Source: an uncultured Planctomycetota bacterium (GTDB lineage Bacteria; Planctomycetota; Phycisphaerae; Tepidisphaerales; Tepidisphaeraceae). From it: DNA of 64,000 bases. Positions 29,020-39,500 of the stretch are shown here, piece after piece (position 1 is the stretch's first letter; every line of letters starts with the position of its first letter). The notes under the pieces are model-generated. The model did not search any database, was not told where the DNA came from, and saw nothing but the letters and a program-made list of their open reading frames with translations. Both the position numbers and the translations under genes were made by a program. The stretch covers positions 1,088,001 through 1,152,000 of the forward strand of contig CAWJEN010000006.1 in assembly GCA_963841915.1 (NCBI GenBank), written 5' to 3'.

Positions 29020-29457
29020 TCACGCCGCCTTACGGGCGGGCTGACCATCGGTTTCCGTCCACAGCTCAGGTTCAGGTACGTTTGGCAGATCGACCTCACG
29101 CAGCTCGCACTTGCGGTAACCGAGCTGCTCGACGACTTCCAGAACCTCGGTCCACGTCGGGAACAGCTTCTGGTTGACCTTTTTGTACGCCTCGACGGCG
29201 CGGATGAACTCGAACTGGTGCTCAGTCATTTCGCCCTCCTCAGCACAGCGGCGGTCTTCTTCACGCCGAATGCCCGCGCCGCGACGACGCTCCAGGCCCG
29301 TGCGGCGCTCGCTGCGATCGGCTTTGCGACGGTCTTCGCCGGTGTAGCCTGATTCTTCGGCGGACATCTGGCGTCGGTCGAGGCCCAGGCGGCGGTCGAC
29401 CACATTGCGGTTGGCGTCGGCTTCAGTCTGTGCGGCGGTCTTGGTGTCGTTGGCCAT
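29020..29457 (-). CDS. Conserved hypothetical protein with DRR/ERR repeats
   Basis: N-terminal DRR..DRR..DRR..ERR..ERR and a structured C-terminus EGEM...FEFI.A...YK..N...FPTW.EVLEV...LGYRK. Confidence 0.75.
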   Translation of the reverse strand: MANDTKTAAQTEADANRNVVDRRLGLDRRQMSAEESGYTGEDRRKADRSERRTGLERRRGAGIRREEDRRCAEEGEMTEHQFEFIRAVEAYKKVNQKLFPTWTEVLEVVEQLGYRKCELREVDLPNVPEPELWTETDGQPARKAA

Positions 29458-29569
29458 GGCTTAAGGGAGCGCGTCATGCGCCCGCCGATACATCGGCGAA
29501 TCGGACGCAAGACACCCTTTGACGAAGCGTTATCGGCCTGCCTACCCTGACGGCCCAGACCCCCCATCC

Positions 29570-29656
29570 GGAGAGGTGGCAGAGTGGTTGAATGCGCTAG
29601 TCTCGAAAACTAGTAGGCCGTTCGCGGTCTCGGGAGTTCGAATCTCCCCCTCTCCG
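29570..29656 (+). tRNA. tRNA-Ser(CGA)
   Basis: Acceptor stem GGAGAGG/CCTCTCC, anticodon arm CTAGT-CT CGA AA-ACTAG, long variable arm and T-loop GTTCGAATC. Confidence 0.96.
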
Positions 29657-29666
29657 CTGCTTCGAC

Positions 29667-29691
29667 AAACCCTCGCATGGCGGGGGTTTTT
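29667..29691 (+). terminator. Rho-independent terminator after tRNA-Ser
   Basis: AAACCCTCGC-atg-GCGGGGGTTTTT. Confidence 0.75.
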
Positions 29692-30115
29692 CTGTAGAAC
29701 CTCAGCACAAGGCCAAGTAGCTGACGACGGTGAGGATCGCGATTCGGACTTTTGTCTCCCCCGAGAGTTCGCAGGCCAGCCGAAGCAGGGGCGAGTGAAA
29801 GCCGCCGTGTGAGGCTTTGCGGGCGGTTGGGGATCGGCGGGCCATGGAGTGTGGTCGAGCAACGGCTGGGCCACGGACATTGGTCGGCCTCAGCCAAGGC
29901 AAAGGGGGTTTGGCTGTGCCGTCTGTTGCATTTGGGCATCACTCGTGGTGCTGCCCGCTGGCACGTCACACACACGGACATCGCATCTCTGGAATTTTTT
30001 ATGACAAAGCCTGTTCCAACATGGTGTAGCATCTATGGAGGCCGATGCCATCTACCCTTGGTTGGTAGATGTGCGGTACGAGTCGCTAGGACATGGCTCT
30101 TGACGGTGGACGCAC

Positions 30116-31464
30116 ATGGACAACATCGATAAGTCGAACAAGGTGGGCGTGACAAGGACCAACATGTCCATGGTCGAGGTCCATCAGGGCGAGACCATCG
30201 CCTACAACGCGAGCTTCGACCACTTAAAGCGTCTCGTCGCCTTCAGCGATGCCACCATCGCCACGACGCTGCCACGCGGTGGGTTGCAGATCATTCAGCC
30301 CAGGCAGACCGATCCGTCGCGAATGCGGCTTTACAGCCGGCAGATGTTCTCGCTCGACGCACCCGCGTGGCAGGCGATGAGTCACGGCAAGGCGGTCCGC
30401 ATCAGCGACCTGATTGAACAAGAACCCGAGGCCAACGGTGAGGGCACGGTCCGCGACCTGCGTGGCGTGGCGACCGGTTTTCGCGACTCATTCTTAAGGC
30501 CTTTCGGGCTCGAGTACTACGTCGCCCTGCCGCTCAAGGCGCCGCTGCTATTGGGCTACCCGGGCGTCATGCACGTCTTCCGCACGGCCGAGACCGGCGA
30601 CTTCACCGATGCAGAAGTCGATCGGCTCATGGAGGCGACGGCCGATTTTGACGAGGCCCATGCTCGCGGCCGGAAGGCCAAGCGGTTCAAGAGCGACACG
30701 CATCCACTCGATCACCACATCGAACACCGCGTGTTCGGCATGCTGGAAGACGGATCGATGGTGTTCCCGCACGACCAGGCCGACGTGCTCGATGACGTGC
30801 TGAGGCACAATCTCATTGAGACGACCCGTCAACGGTTCGGCCTGCTCGATGAGGTTGAAGAAGACCTTAAGAAGGTTGAGGAGCCGATGACGAGGCGGCT
30901 CAAACCGACTGCTGCGGGGAGCAACGCGGATCGGGTGCTGTTGCCGGACAGGTTGGGTGACTGCTGGGCGTTTCGCATGGCGGCGTTTCCGCAATTTCCG
31001 GCTGTGACGGGAGACTTGGACCAGGTCGAGCCGGTGGCATTTGTGAGCCATCAGCCTGACTGCGAGTCGTGGAGCAGCCTGCGCCCAGCGACTTTGCGGC
31101 CGACGACGAGGTGGCCCGGCTGATCCCAGCCCTGCAGTTCATGCAGGAGAACTTCGCCGACGAGATCAGCCTGAAGCACATCGCCCGGACGGTGCACTTG
31201 TCGCCGTTTCACTTTCACAGGCGGTTCACAGACCTGCTGGGCATTACGCCCAAGCACTACCTCTACGACTGCCAGGTGGCCGAGTCGAAGCGTCGTCTAG
31301 CGGCCCGCGACATGGACCTCAAGGAGATTGCCGCCTCGTGCGGGTTTGCGCACCAGTCGCACTTCACGAGCCGTTTCAAACAGGCGACGGGCCTGACTCC
31401 GACACAGTGGCGGCGGTTGACGAGTCACGTCGACCCTGATGCCAGCACCGCCGACGAGGCGTGA
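30116..31464 (+). CDS. AraC-family transcriptional regulator with N-terminal GAF-like sensor (apparent frameshift at ~31085)
   Basis: ORF 30116-31123 has a GAF-like segment (FLRPFGLEYYVALPL..GVMHVFR..DFTDAEV). ORF 31069-31464 is an AraC HTH (ISLKHIA..LSPFHFHRRF..GITP..IAASCGFAHQSHFTSRFK..TP..WR). Adding one C at 31084-31086 fuses them. Confidence 0.75.
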
Positions 31465-31487
31465 TGTTCGCCGTCCTACGGTAGAGC

Positions 31488-33254
31488 ATGTCCTCTGCCA
31501 AGCCTGTTGCCCCGGATCCCAAGGTCGTTCCGCCCGCGGTCGTTGAAGCCGCGAAGCACCGCAAGTTCGTGCCGAGTGACTTTGTCCCGGACCAGTGGGA
31601 CAAGATCGCGCCGTTCGTCCAGACGCTGCGTGAGCGTGAGCCCGATTCACCCGATGCGCTCGAAAAGTGGCTGCTCGATCTGAGCGAGCTGTCGAGCGTG
31701 ATCGACGAGTACGGCAGCCGGCGGTATATCGACCGGTCGTGCTTCACCAACAACGAGGCGATCAAGACGGCTTACCTCGACTACGTCGAGAACATCGAGC
31801 CCAAGCTCAAGCCGGCGATGAGCGAGCTGCAGAAGAAGTTCCTCGACTCGCCCCACGCAGCAGCGCTCACCGGCCCGCGGTACGAGGTGCTCAAGAAGCA
31901 CTGGGCGGCCGACGTGGAGCTCTTCCGCGAGGAGAACGTTGCGCTCGAGACGCAGGTCACCAAGATCGTCACCAAGTACGACGAGATCAGCGGCGAGATG
32001 ACCGTCACCTTCGACGGCAAAGAGCTGACGATGCAGCAGATGGCCAGGTATCAGGAAGAGCCGGATCGCGACGTCCGCGAGCGTGCCTGGAAGGCCGTTG
32101 CCGAGCGGCGGTTGCAGGACCGCGAGGCCATCGACGCGCTGTTCGACGAGGTGCTGCCGCTCCGCCAGCAGATCGCCGAGAACGCCGGCTTCGACAACTA
32201 CCGCGACTACCAGTTCAAGCGGCTCAAGCGGTTCGACTACACGCCGGCCGACTGCAACGCCTACGCCGACGCCGTCGAAAAGCACGTGGTGCCGCTGATC
32301 CACGAGATGGATGCGTCACGCCGCGAGGCGCTGGGCGTTGACAAGCTGCGGCCGTGGGACTTGGCCGTCGACCCCAAGGGCCGTGCCCCGCTTCGGCCGT
32401 TCGATGAGGACAACATCGATCAATTCGTCGAAACGACGCGTGGCGTCTTCGCCAAGCTCGACGAGCAACTCGCCAGCGACTTCGACGAGCTTCGCACCGC
32501 CGGCAATCTCGACCTCGCCAGCCGGCAGGGCAAGCAACCCGGCGGCTATCAGTGCAATCTGGAAGAGAGTGGCGTTCCGTTCATCTTCATGAACGCCGCG
32601 GGGCTGCAACGCGATGTCGAGACGCTACTCCACGAAGGCGGTCACGCGTTCCACACGCTGGCCGTCCGCGATGAGCCGCTGACGTTCCTGAAGCACGCGC
32701 CGATGGAGTTCTGCGAAGTAGCGTCGATGAGCATGGAGCTGCTGGCCCTGCCGCACATCGGCGACTTCTTTGCCGGCGACACCGCCAACGCCGACCGCGC
32801 CCGCCGGCACCAGCTCGAAGGCATCAGCGTGCTCGCCTGGATCGCCACGATCGACCAGTTCCAGCACTGGCTCTACACCAACCCCGGCCACTCCCGCGAC
32901 CAGCGGGCCAAGACTTGGAACGACCTGCTGACCCGCTTCCAGCACGATCTCGATTGGAGCGGTGTCGAAGCCTCACGCGACGCCATGTGGCAACGGCAGC
33001 TGCACCTGTTCCACGTGCCGTTCTACTACATCGAGTACGGCATCGCTCAGCTCGGTGCGCTGCAGATCTACAACAACTCGAAGCAGGACAAGGACAAGGC
33101 CATCAAGGCCTACCGCCACAGCCTGAGCTTCGGCGGCACCCGCCCGCTGCCCGAGCTGTTCGAAGCGGCAGAGATTAAATTCGACTTCGGCGACAGCACG
33201 ATCGAACCCTTGATCAAGACCGTCCGCCAAGACCTCGAGAAACTGCCGCTGTAA
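31488..33254 (+). CDS. M3 family oligoendopeptidase (PepF-like)
   Basis: HEGGHAFH zinc motif, EFCEVASMSME and WQRQLHLFHVPFYYIEYGIAQLGA. Confidence 0.93.
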   Translation: MSSAKPVAPDPKVVPPAVVEAAKHRKFVPSDFVPDQWDKIAPFVQTLREREPDSPDALEKWLLDLSELSSVIDEYGSRRYIDRSCFTNNEAIKTAYLDYVENIEPKLKPAMSELQKKFLDSPHAAALTGPRYEVLKKHWAADVELFREENVALETQVTKIVTKYDEISGEMTVTFDGKELTMQQMARYQEEPDRDVRERAWKAVAERRLQDREAIDALFDEVLPLRQQIAENAGFDNYRDYQFKRLKRFDYTPADCNAYADAVEKHVVPLIHEMDASRREALGVDKLRPWDLAVDPKGRAPLRPFDEDNIDQFVETTRGVFAKLDEQLASDFDELRTAGNLDLASRQGKQPGGYQCNLEESGVPFIFMNAAGLQRDVETLLHEGGHAFHTLAVRDEPLTFLKHAPMEFCEVASMSMELLALPHIGDFFAGDTANADRARRHQLEGISVLAWIATIDQFQHWLYTNPGHSRDQRAKTWNDLLTRFQHDLDWSGVEASRDAMWQRQLHLFHVPFYYIEYGIAQLGALQIYNNSKQDKDKAIKAYRHSLSFGGTRPLPELFEAAEIKFDFGDSTIEPLIKTVRQDLEKLPL

Positions 33255-33260
33255 GGGCCG

Positions 33261-33884
33261 ATGCCTCGCACGCGCATCAAGATCTGCGGCGTCATGACGC
33301 CCGCCGACGCCGTTCTTGCGGCCGAGGCGGGCGCCGACGCGGTCGGTTTCATCCTGCACGCCCCGGGCCGCAAGCGGATGGTCGCGCCGGACGTCGCCCG
33401 CGACATCACACTCGCCCTGCCGCCTTGGACGGTGGCGGTCGGCGTGGTCGTCGATCCGCCTGCGTTTGCCATGACGCAACTGCTCAGGCAGGTGCCGGTC
33501 GACATCTTGCAGTTTCACGGCCGCGAATCGCCCGGCGTCGTCACCAGCTTCGGAAGGCGGGCCACCAAGGTGCTGACCGACCCGGCCGATCTACAGCTCT
33601 GGGCAAACGTCGACGGGGTCAGCGGCCTGACACTCGACTCGCCGGTCGGCGGCAGCGGAGTCGCCTTGGACTGGCTATCGCTCGTGGAGACGTTTCGCAG
33701 TTTTACCGCCAAACCGCTCACCTTAGCGGGCGGCCTGACGCCTGAGACTGTGGCCGACGCAGTGCGGCTCCTTCGCCCCCACGCCGTTGATGTCAGCAGC
33801 GGCGTCGAATCTGCTCCCGGTCTGAAAGACGCCGCACAGATGAAGACATTCGTCGCCGCAGTACGAGCGGCCGACGCACCGTGA
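33261..33884 (+). CDS. trpF: Phosphoribosylanthranilate isomerase
   Basis: RIKICG, GADAVGF, QFHG.E, GGSG...DW, LAGGLTPE and VDVSSGVE..PG.KD. Confidence 0.95.
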   Translation: MPRTRIKICGVMTPADAVLAAEAGADAVGFILHAPGRKRMVAPDVARDITLALPPWTVAVGVVVDPPAFAMTQLLRQVPVDILQFHGRESPGVVTSFGRRATKVLTDPADLQLWANVDGVSGLTLDSPVGGSGVALDWLSLVETFRSFTAKPLTLAGGLTPETVADAVRLLRPHAVDVSSGVESAPGLKDAAQMKTFVAAVRAADAP

Positions 33885-33899
33885 TCTGACGTCAGCACG

Positions 33900-33931
33900 A
33901 AAAAGCTGCGGCACACAGTGCCGCAGCTTTT
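33900..33931. terminator. Bidirectional rho-independent terminator
   Basis: AAAAAGCTGCGGCAC-aca-GTGCCGCAGCTTTT between convergent trpF and wzc. Confidence 0.88.
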
Positions 33932-33963
33932 CTGATATCGGTCACAGAATCTCTCGAAACGTC

Positions 33964-36342
33964 TCAGCGTCGCGACGGCTTCTGGTAGTCGTAGTACGTC
34001 TTGATGTTGCGGGTGTAGTACCCACCGGCCCGACTGCGGACGGCGTTGAGGACCACGCCGAGGTGTTCGACGTTCAGGCTCGTCAACGAGTCACGGAGTC
34101 GGCCCAGCAGGCCGCGGCTGCTGCTGCGGGCGCGGACGACACTGATCACGCCATCGACCTGCGGTGCCATCGCCCCGGTTTCGCTGGCAAACAGGATCGG
34201 GCCGCTGTCGAAGACGACCATGTCGAATCGCTCGAAGGCACGGTCGAGCACGTCGAGGAAGGCGGTGCTTTCGACGAGCTCGGTCGCATTGCCGGGCTTG
34301 GGTCCAACGGGCATGACGTGCAGGTTCGGGACCGACTCGACCTCAGAGATGCACTCGTCGAACAGCTCGACGTCGCCGAGACAGGTCGACAGGCCATTCT
34401 CGGTGTCGCCGAGTTTGAAGACGTTGTGCAGGGCGGGCCTGCGGAAGTTGGCGTCAACGAGCAGCACGCTTCGGCCGTTGAGGGCCAGGCCGGCTGCCAG
34501 GTTGCAGGCGACCGTCGTCTTGCCGTCACCGGGCTGCGGGCTCGTGACAAGGATCGTGCGGGTCGCTTCCAAAGGAGCGACGTGCGCCAGGCGGCCGCGG
34601 ACCATGCGGAACTGCTCGGCCGTCATCGAGTGAGGCGAGTGGGCGATGGCCAGCTCCAACGGCTGATCACTCGACGTCGCCTGCGGGTCGTCCGACTCAT
34701 CAGGGATGGTGCCGAGCACCGTCATCTGTCCGGCACGAATGACGTCACGAGGGCTCTTGACGCTTGTGTCGAGCACCTCACGCAGGAACGCGAAACCGAC
34801 GGCAGCGCCGACGCCGAGCAGTAGCGTGCCGGCCACCGTGATCGGCAAACGCGGGAAGTCAGGATTGTTCGGCGGCGTGACGGGCGTCCACCACGCAAGC
34901 TCCTGTGTCGGAGCGACGTAGCTCTTGCGCTTCATCATCTCGATACGCGTCCGAAGCGCTTCGAGCTCCAGCGACTTGGCACTGCGCTCGTTGCGGAACA
35001 TCTGCAGATCCGCCTCGTCGCGGGTGAGCTGCGTGAATCTCGTGTCGAGCCGCTGGAACTCCTCATCGTTCTTGGCTGCCGTCCGCTCGGCGGCTTCGAG
35101 CTGTGCTTCGAGGCCGGCCACGACCTGATTACGAGCTGTAGCACGGGCGTTCTGCTCAGCGTCGGCAAGGCGGTTGGCGATGGCGTCCCGGGTCTGCTCG
35201 GTCTGGGCGACGCTCGGGTGGCCGTCACCGAGACGGGCACGGCTAAGGTCGAGACTCTGCTCGATCTGCTCGAGCTGCTGCCGCAGCCGGGCAACGGTCG
35301 GGTTGCGGTTGAGCTCCATCTCGACACCTGCCGGCTCCTGGCCGCGGGCGACGCTTTCTTTGGCGTTCTGAAGCAATTGCTTCAGCAATTCGACCTGCTC
35401 CTGTGCCTCGGCACGGGCCCGCATGACCAGACCCATCTCGGACATGAGCATGCCACTGGAACTGGCCGACCCGCCACCGCCCTGTGCGGCCGAGCGGATG
35501 GAGCGGATTTGGGCGTCGAGCTCGTCGAGGTCGCGACCACGCTGCTCGATGATGAGGCCGAGCTCGTTGATGTCGAAGTTCAGCTCGTCGCTGCCGCGAC
35601 GACGCAGCTCGTCGAGCCGCGTGTTGACGATGACATTGAGAATGTCAGCTGCCTGCCGCGGATCGTCAGCGGTAAAGCTGACGTTGATGAGGCGGCTGCC
35701 CTTCAGCGGCGACGCGTTGAAGTTGTCCATGAGCGTCTCGACCGCTTCCTGCGGGTCGAGCTTGCCACCGGGGCCGCGGGCCTCGCGTTGCAGCCAGGTT
35801 GCCTCTCGAACGGTTTCGTTCTCCTGGACGATGTTGTTGAAGATCTCCGGGTTCTTGAGGCCGGCGACCTGCGTCAGAACACGGACTTCGAGCTTCTCGC
35901 CGTTGCCACGCGATCCGATACCGCTGCCGGTGCCTTCTGGGTCATAGATGTCATCTGTGGAGTCGCGGGCGAGCAGCTGGCCGCTGGCCTTGTACGAGAG
36001 AAAGTTCTTCTTAAGCCACTCGTTGATCCCGAAGCCGGCCGCACCGCTGATGATGGCCGCGAGGATGATGAGCCACAGGTTCTCCCGCAGGACGCGCATG
36101 ACGTCGGCCCCGGTCAGACCCGCGCCACCGCCGCCACCACCACCCGCGGTAGGCATGGTAACGGGCGTGGAGACGACGGGCATGGACGGCAGCGCCGGCA
36201 GGTTGGCCGAGCCGCCGTTGTAGCCGCCGTGGCCGTGGGATCGGCCGTTGGCGTAACCGTTGCGGCCGCGCGACATCGGCTCGTCGGCCGGATCGTGTGG
36301 GTCTTCGCCGTCGGGGCGGAGCGTTTGCGGGAGCGTGGTCAT
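33964..36342 (-). CDS. wzc: Polysaccharide biosynthesis tyrosine autokinase (Wzc/GumC-like)
   Basis: Two TM helices flanking a coiled-coil periplasmic domain, Walker A PQPGDGKTT, LVDANFRRP, VVFDSGP and a C-terminal Tyr cluster GYY..TYYDY. Confidence 0.9.
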   Translation of the reverse strand: MTTLPQTLRPDGEDPHDPADEPMSRGRNGYANGRSHGHGGYNGGSANLPALPSMPVVSTPVTMPTAGGGGGGGAGLTGADVMRVLRENLWLIILAAIISGAAGFGINEWLKKNFLSYKASGQLLARDSTDDIYDPEGTGSGIGSRGNGEKLEVRVLTQVAGLKNPEIFNNIVQENETVREATWLQREARGPGGKLDPQEAVETLMDNFNASPLKGSRLINVSFTADDPRQAADILNVIVNTRLDELRRRGSDELNFDINELGLIIEQRGRDLDELDAQIRSIRSAAQGGGGSASSSGMLMSEMGLVMRARAEAQEQVELLKQLLQNAKESVARGQEPAGVEMELNRNPTVARLRQQLEQIEQSLDLSRARLGDGHPSVAQTEQTRDAIANRLADAEQNARATARNQVVAGLEAQLEAAERTAAKNDEEFQRLDTRFTQLTRDEADLQMFRNERSAKSLELEALRTRIEMMKRKSYVAPTQELAWWTPVTPPNNPDFPRLPITVAGTLLLGVGAAVGFAFLREVLDTSVKSPRDVIRAGQMTVLGTIPDESDDPQATSSDQPLELAIAHSPHSMTAEQFRMVRGRLAHVAPLEATRTILVTSPQPGDGKTTVACNLAAGLALNGRSVLLVDANFRRPALHNVFKLGDTENGLSTCLGDVELFDECISEVESVPNLHVMPVGPKPGNATELVESTAFLDVLDRAFERFDMVVFDSGPILFASETGAMAPQVDGVISVVRARSSSRGLLGRLRDSLTSLNVEHLGVVLNAVRSRAGGYYTRNIKTYYDYQKPSRR

Positions 36343-36527
36343 GAGTGGTTGGTCAATGGCGTCGGCCCGCAGGCGGGCGGTCCGGGGGTGTCACGATACC
36401 GCGCCGCGACCGGCGGTGCGTCGAGATCCGGGTGCGTCTTCCATTACGCGGTGCAGGGGCCGATAGTTTCACCGGCTCAGGCTAGCGATCCGTCGTCGGC
36501 CTTTTGCGCTGGAAACGCAACGCCCCG

Positions 36528-39500
36528 CTACTCCTGAGCATCGGCGGGCGGCATGGTCGCCTTGAGCCGGCCGATCGCGTCGCCGAGCTGGCGACGCACG
36601 CTCAGGTCGACCTGACGCGTCGACATCTCGTCGGCCTCTAGGCGGCGAACCACCTCAAGCCCCACCTCGGCGGCTTCGAGCGCAGGCTCGAGGTCGCCGG
36701 CGGCTTCGAGCGTCAACGCCAGGTGCAGGTAGACCTCGGGAAAGGCTTCGCCGTCACGCTCGGCATCGTCGCGGGCTCCACGGAGCAAACGGGCGGCGTC
36801 GGCGAGCAGGTCGGCGTCATCGGTCTTCATCGCCAGCGACGCCTCGGCCCAGCCGAGCGTGTCGACGACGCTCGGGTTCGTCCCGCCACCGCTGCGGCTG
36901 GCGGCGGCTTCGGCACCATCAACCGCCTGGCGGCCCCGCTCGACGGCCTCCTCGAGACGACGAATGGCCGCCTCGTCGCTCTGGTCCGGCTCGCGACCCA
37001 GCAGCGTCAGCGTGTAAGCGAGGTTGTTGTTCACGGCCACGTCGTCCGGCAGCAACTCGCGGGCACGCCTGAAGTTGGCCAACGCCGCTTCAAGTTGCGG
37101 CGGCTCGCTGTTGAGGTGCAAGGTGCCTTCCTGCACGTTGAGCACAAGCTCTCGCTGGTCGTTCATCGTGCCGGCCGAGACAAGGGCCTGGCGGACCTGA
37201 TTCAGCAGGTCGAGGGCGCGCGTCGTGTCACCAGCTTGCTGGTACAGACGCGAGGCCGTCACCGCGGCGACCGGGTCGACGGGCTCGCCGCCGGTCGGTT
37301 CCACGCGATCTTTCAGCAGCACGTACGCCTCTTGAACCCCGACGCGGCGGCCCATGTCGAGTACAACGCGCTCGAGCTGAGCCGTTCCGGCGTTGGCCGC
37401 AGCGGCAGCTTCGTAAGCACGGGTGTAGGCCTGCGTGGCATCGCGGGTGCGACCGGCACGGGCCAACGCTTCAGCTTCCTTGGCCTGCAGCCACCAAGGC
37501 AGTGTTCCTTCGTCGCCCGCCAGTCGATCGCCCCAGATACGGACTTCTCGCAGGGCTTCGTTGACGCGATCGGCGCGGAGCAACAGGTCGAGATAGCCGT
37601 TGAGGTAGACCGGCGTGTTGGCGGCGAGCGTCTCGGCACCGCCGGGCTGTGCACCGCCGGCCTGGATGCGTTGAACAATCTCCTGACGCATGGCCAGCGA
37701 CTGCTCGAGGGCGCGACGGGCATACGAGGCCGCGTCATCAAACCTGTTGCGGTCGGCCTCCATTCGGGCCCGGGACAGGAGCAGGATCGGACTTTCCTGT
37801 GAGGACGTTCCGTCGGCACCGCGGAAGTAGCGGTCGGCCTCGCCGAAGTCCGGCGGGCTCTTGGCCAGCTGCATCTGTGCCAGGGCCAGTCGGGCCTGCA
37901 CGTCGGCGGGCTCGCCGTCGAGAATCTGCCGGAGAGCGACCTCCGCGGCTTCGCGATCACCCTGCTGGCGGCGGATGCGGGCGAGGTTGCGAAGGGCGTC
38001 GTAGTTGCCTGGAGCAAGCCGTGCAGCACGTTCGAGCAGGTCAGCGGCGCGGTCGAGGTCGGGCTCAACCGTCTGGCCGATGGCCACCGCCAGCAGGTAC
38101 AACGTTGACGCCGACTCGGCGGCGGAGGAGTCCATCGACCGTTCGAGAATGGTGACGGCTTCTTCGGCATTGCCGCGACGCAGCTCGGCCAGGGCGGCGG
38201 CGGTCAGGGCCGTCGGCGGTGTCGTGTCGGCCTTGATGGCCTCTCGCATCGCGGCCAAGGCTTCGTCGTCGCCTTCCGTCGCGCGGGCTGCCAACAGGGC
38301 GACGACCCGGGCCGACACCATCGGTAGATCTTCAAAACCGTCGAGAACGGCAATGGCCTGACTCGTGTCGCCTTGCTCGACGAGCAACTGCGACAACGCA
38401 AGCAACATGAACGACCGCCTCTCGCGGGTCGTGTCGGCCGGCATGGCCTTGATGTGCTCGCGGATGGCCGTCTCGGCACGGGCGACGCCGCCCGTATTGG
38501 CGAAGAACAGTGCAGCCGACTGCACGGCCTCGGCGTCGCCGATCAGGCTTTGAGCGTCGCCGGGTGTCATCACCTTTGTGAAAAGCTCATCGACGGCCTG
38601 GCGATTGGCCTCGTCGGCCTTAAGCGCAACCGTCGCCAGCGTCCGCAGGTAACGGCTGTCGCTGTCGAACTTTTCAATCGTCTCCAGTAGCAGCTCGACG
38701 GCCTCGTTGGCGTACTGCGTCGCCTGGGCGTCGTTGCCCGACCGTGCAGCGCTGTTTACGGCGATGGCGAGCGACGAGGCCAGCCGCTGATAGGCGCCCG
38801 GATCGTCGGCGTTTTCCTGAACTTCCTTGCGACCTTTGGCCAGAACAGCAGACGGATCGCCGAACTGAAGCTGGTAGTTCTCCTGGATCTGAAGCAGACG
38901 CGGCGAATTGGGCCGCTGACGCAGGCCTTGCTCGATCGTCTGACGCGCCTCATTTACCCGACCGGCGGCGACAAAGGCTGCGACGGCTTCGATCATCGTC
39001 CGCTCGTCGGTCGGGGCCAGTCGCAACGCCTCGGCGGCGCTGTCGGCGGCTTCGCCGGATCGGCCGACCTGGCGATACACCTCGGTCTTCAGCAGCTGCG
39101 CCTGCGCCATCCGCGGGAACTTCTCGGCAAGCGAGGTCGCCTGCTCTGTCGCCCGGTCCAAGTCACCCTTGGCCATCGCGGTGCGGATGCGGTACGTCTG
39201 ACCGTCCACGCCGTCGGCACCCTCTTTGGCAAGCTGGTCCGCAAGCTCGTCGGCTTCGTCGAACCGCTCGGCCTTGAGCAACAGGCCAAAGACGGCCTCC
39301 ATCACGGTCGTCTTGAGCTTCGGATCCGTCGCCTCATCCACCGCCGATCGGGCGAGCGAGACGGCTTGTTCAAGATCATTTGCCTGCTCGGCCAGCTGTG
39401 CTTCGTAAAGCTTGCGCTGCACCGGGTCGGCGATGTCGTCAGCAGTCAATTCCGTACCACGCTGCAGGCGCTCGAGGAGCGCCTGGCTCGACTCGTCGTC

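Noticed and set aside
29700..30115. Sigma-70 promoter or sRNA upstream of the AraC gene
   Set aside because: The candidate -35/-10 boxes (ATGACA..TAGCAT) have a 20-bp spacer, so there is no convincing consensus or structure.
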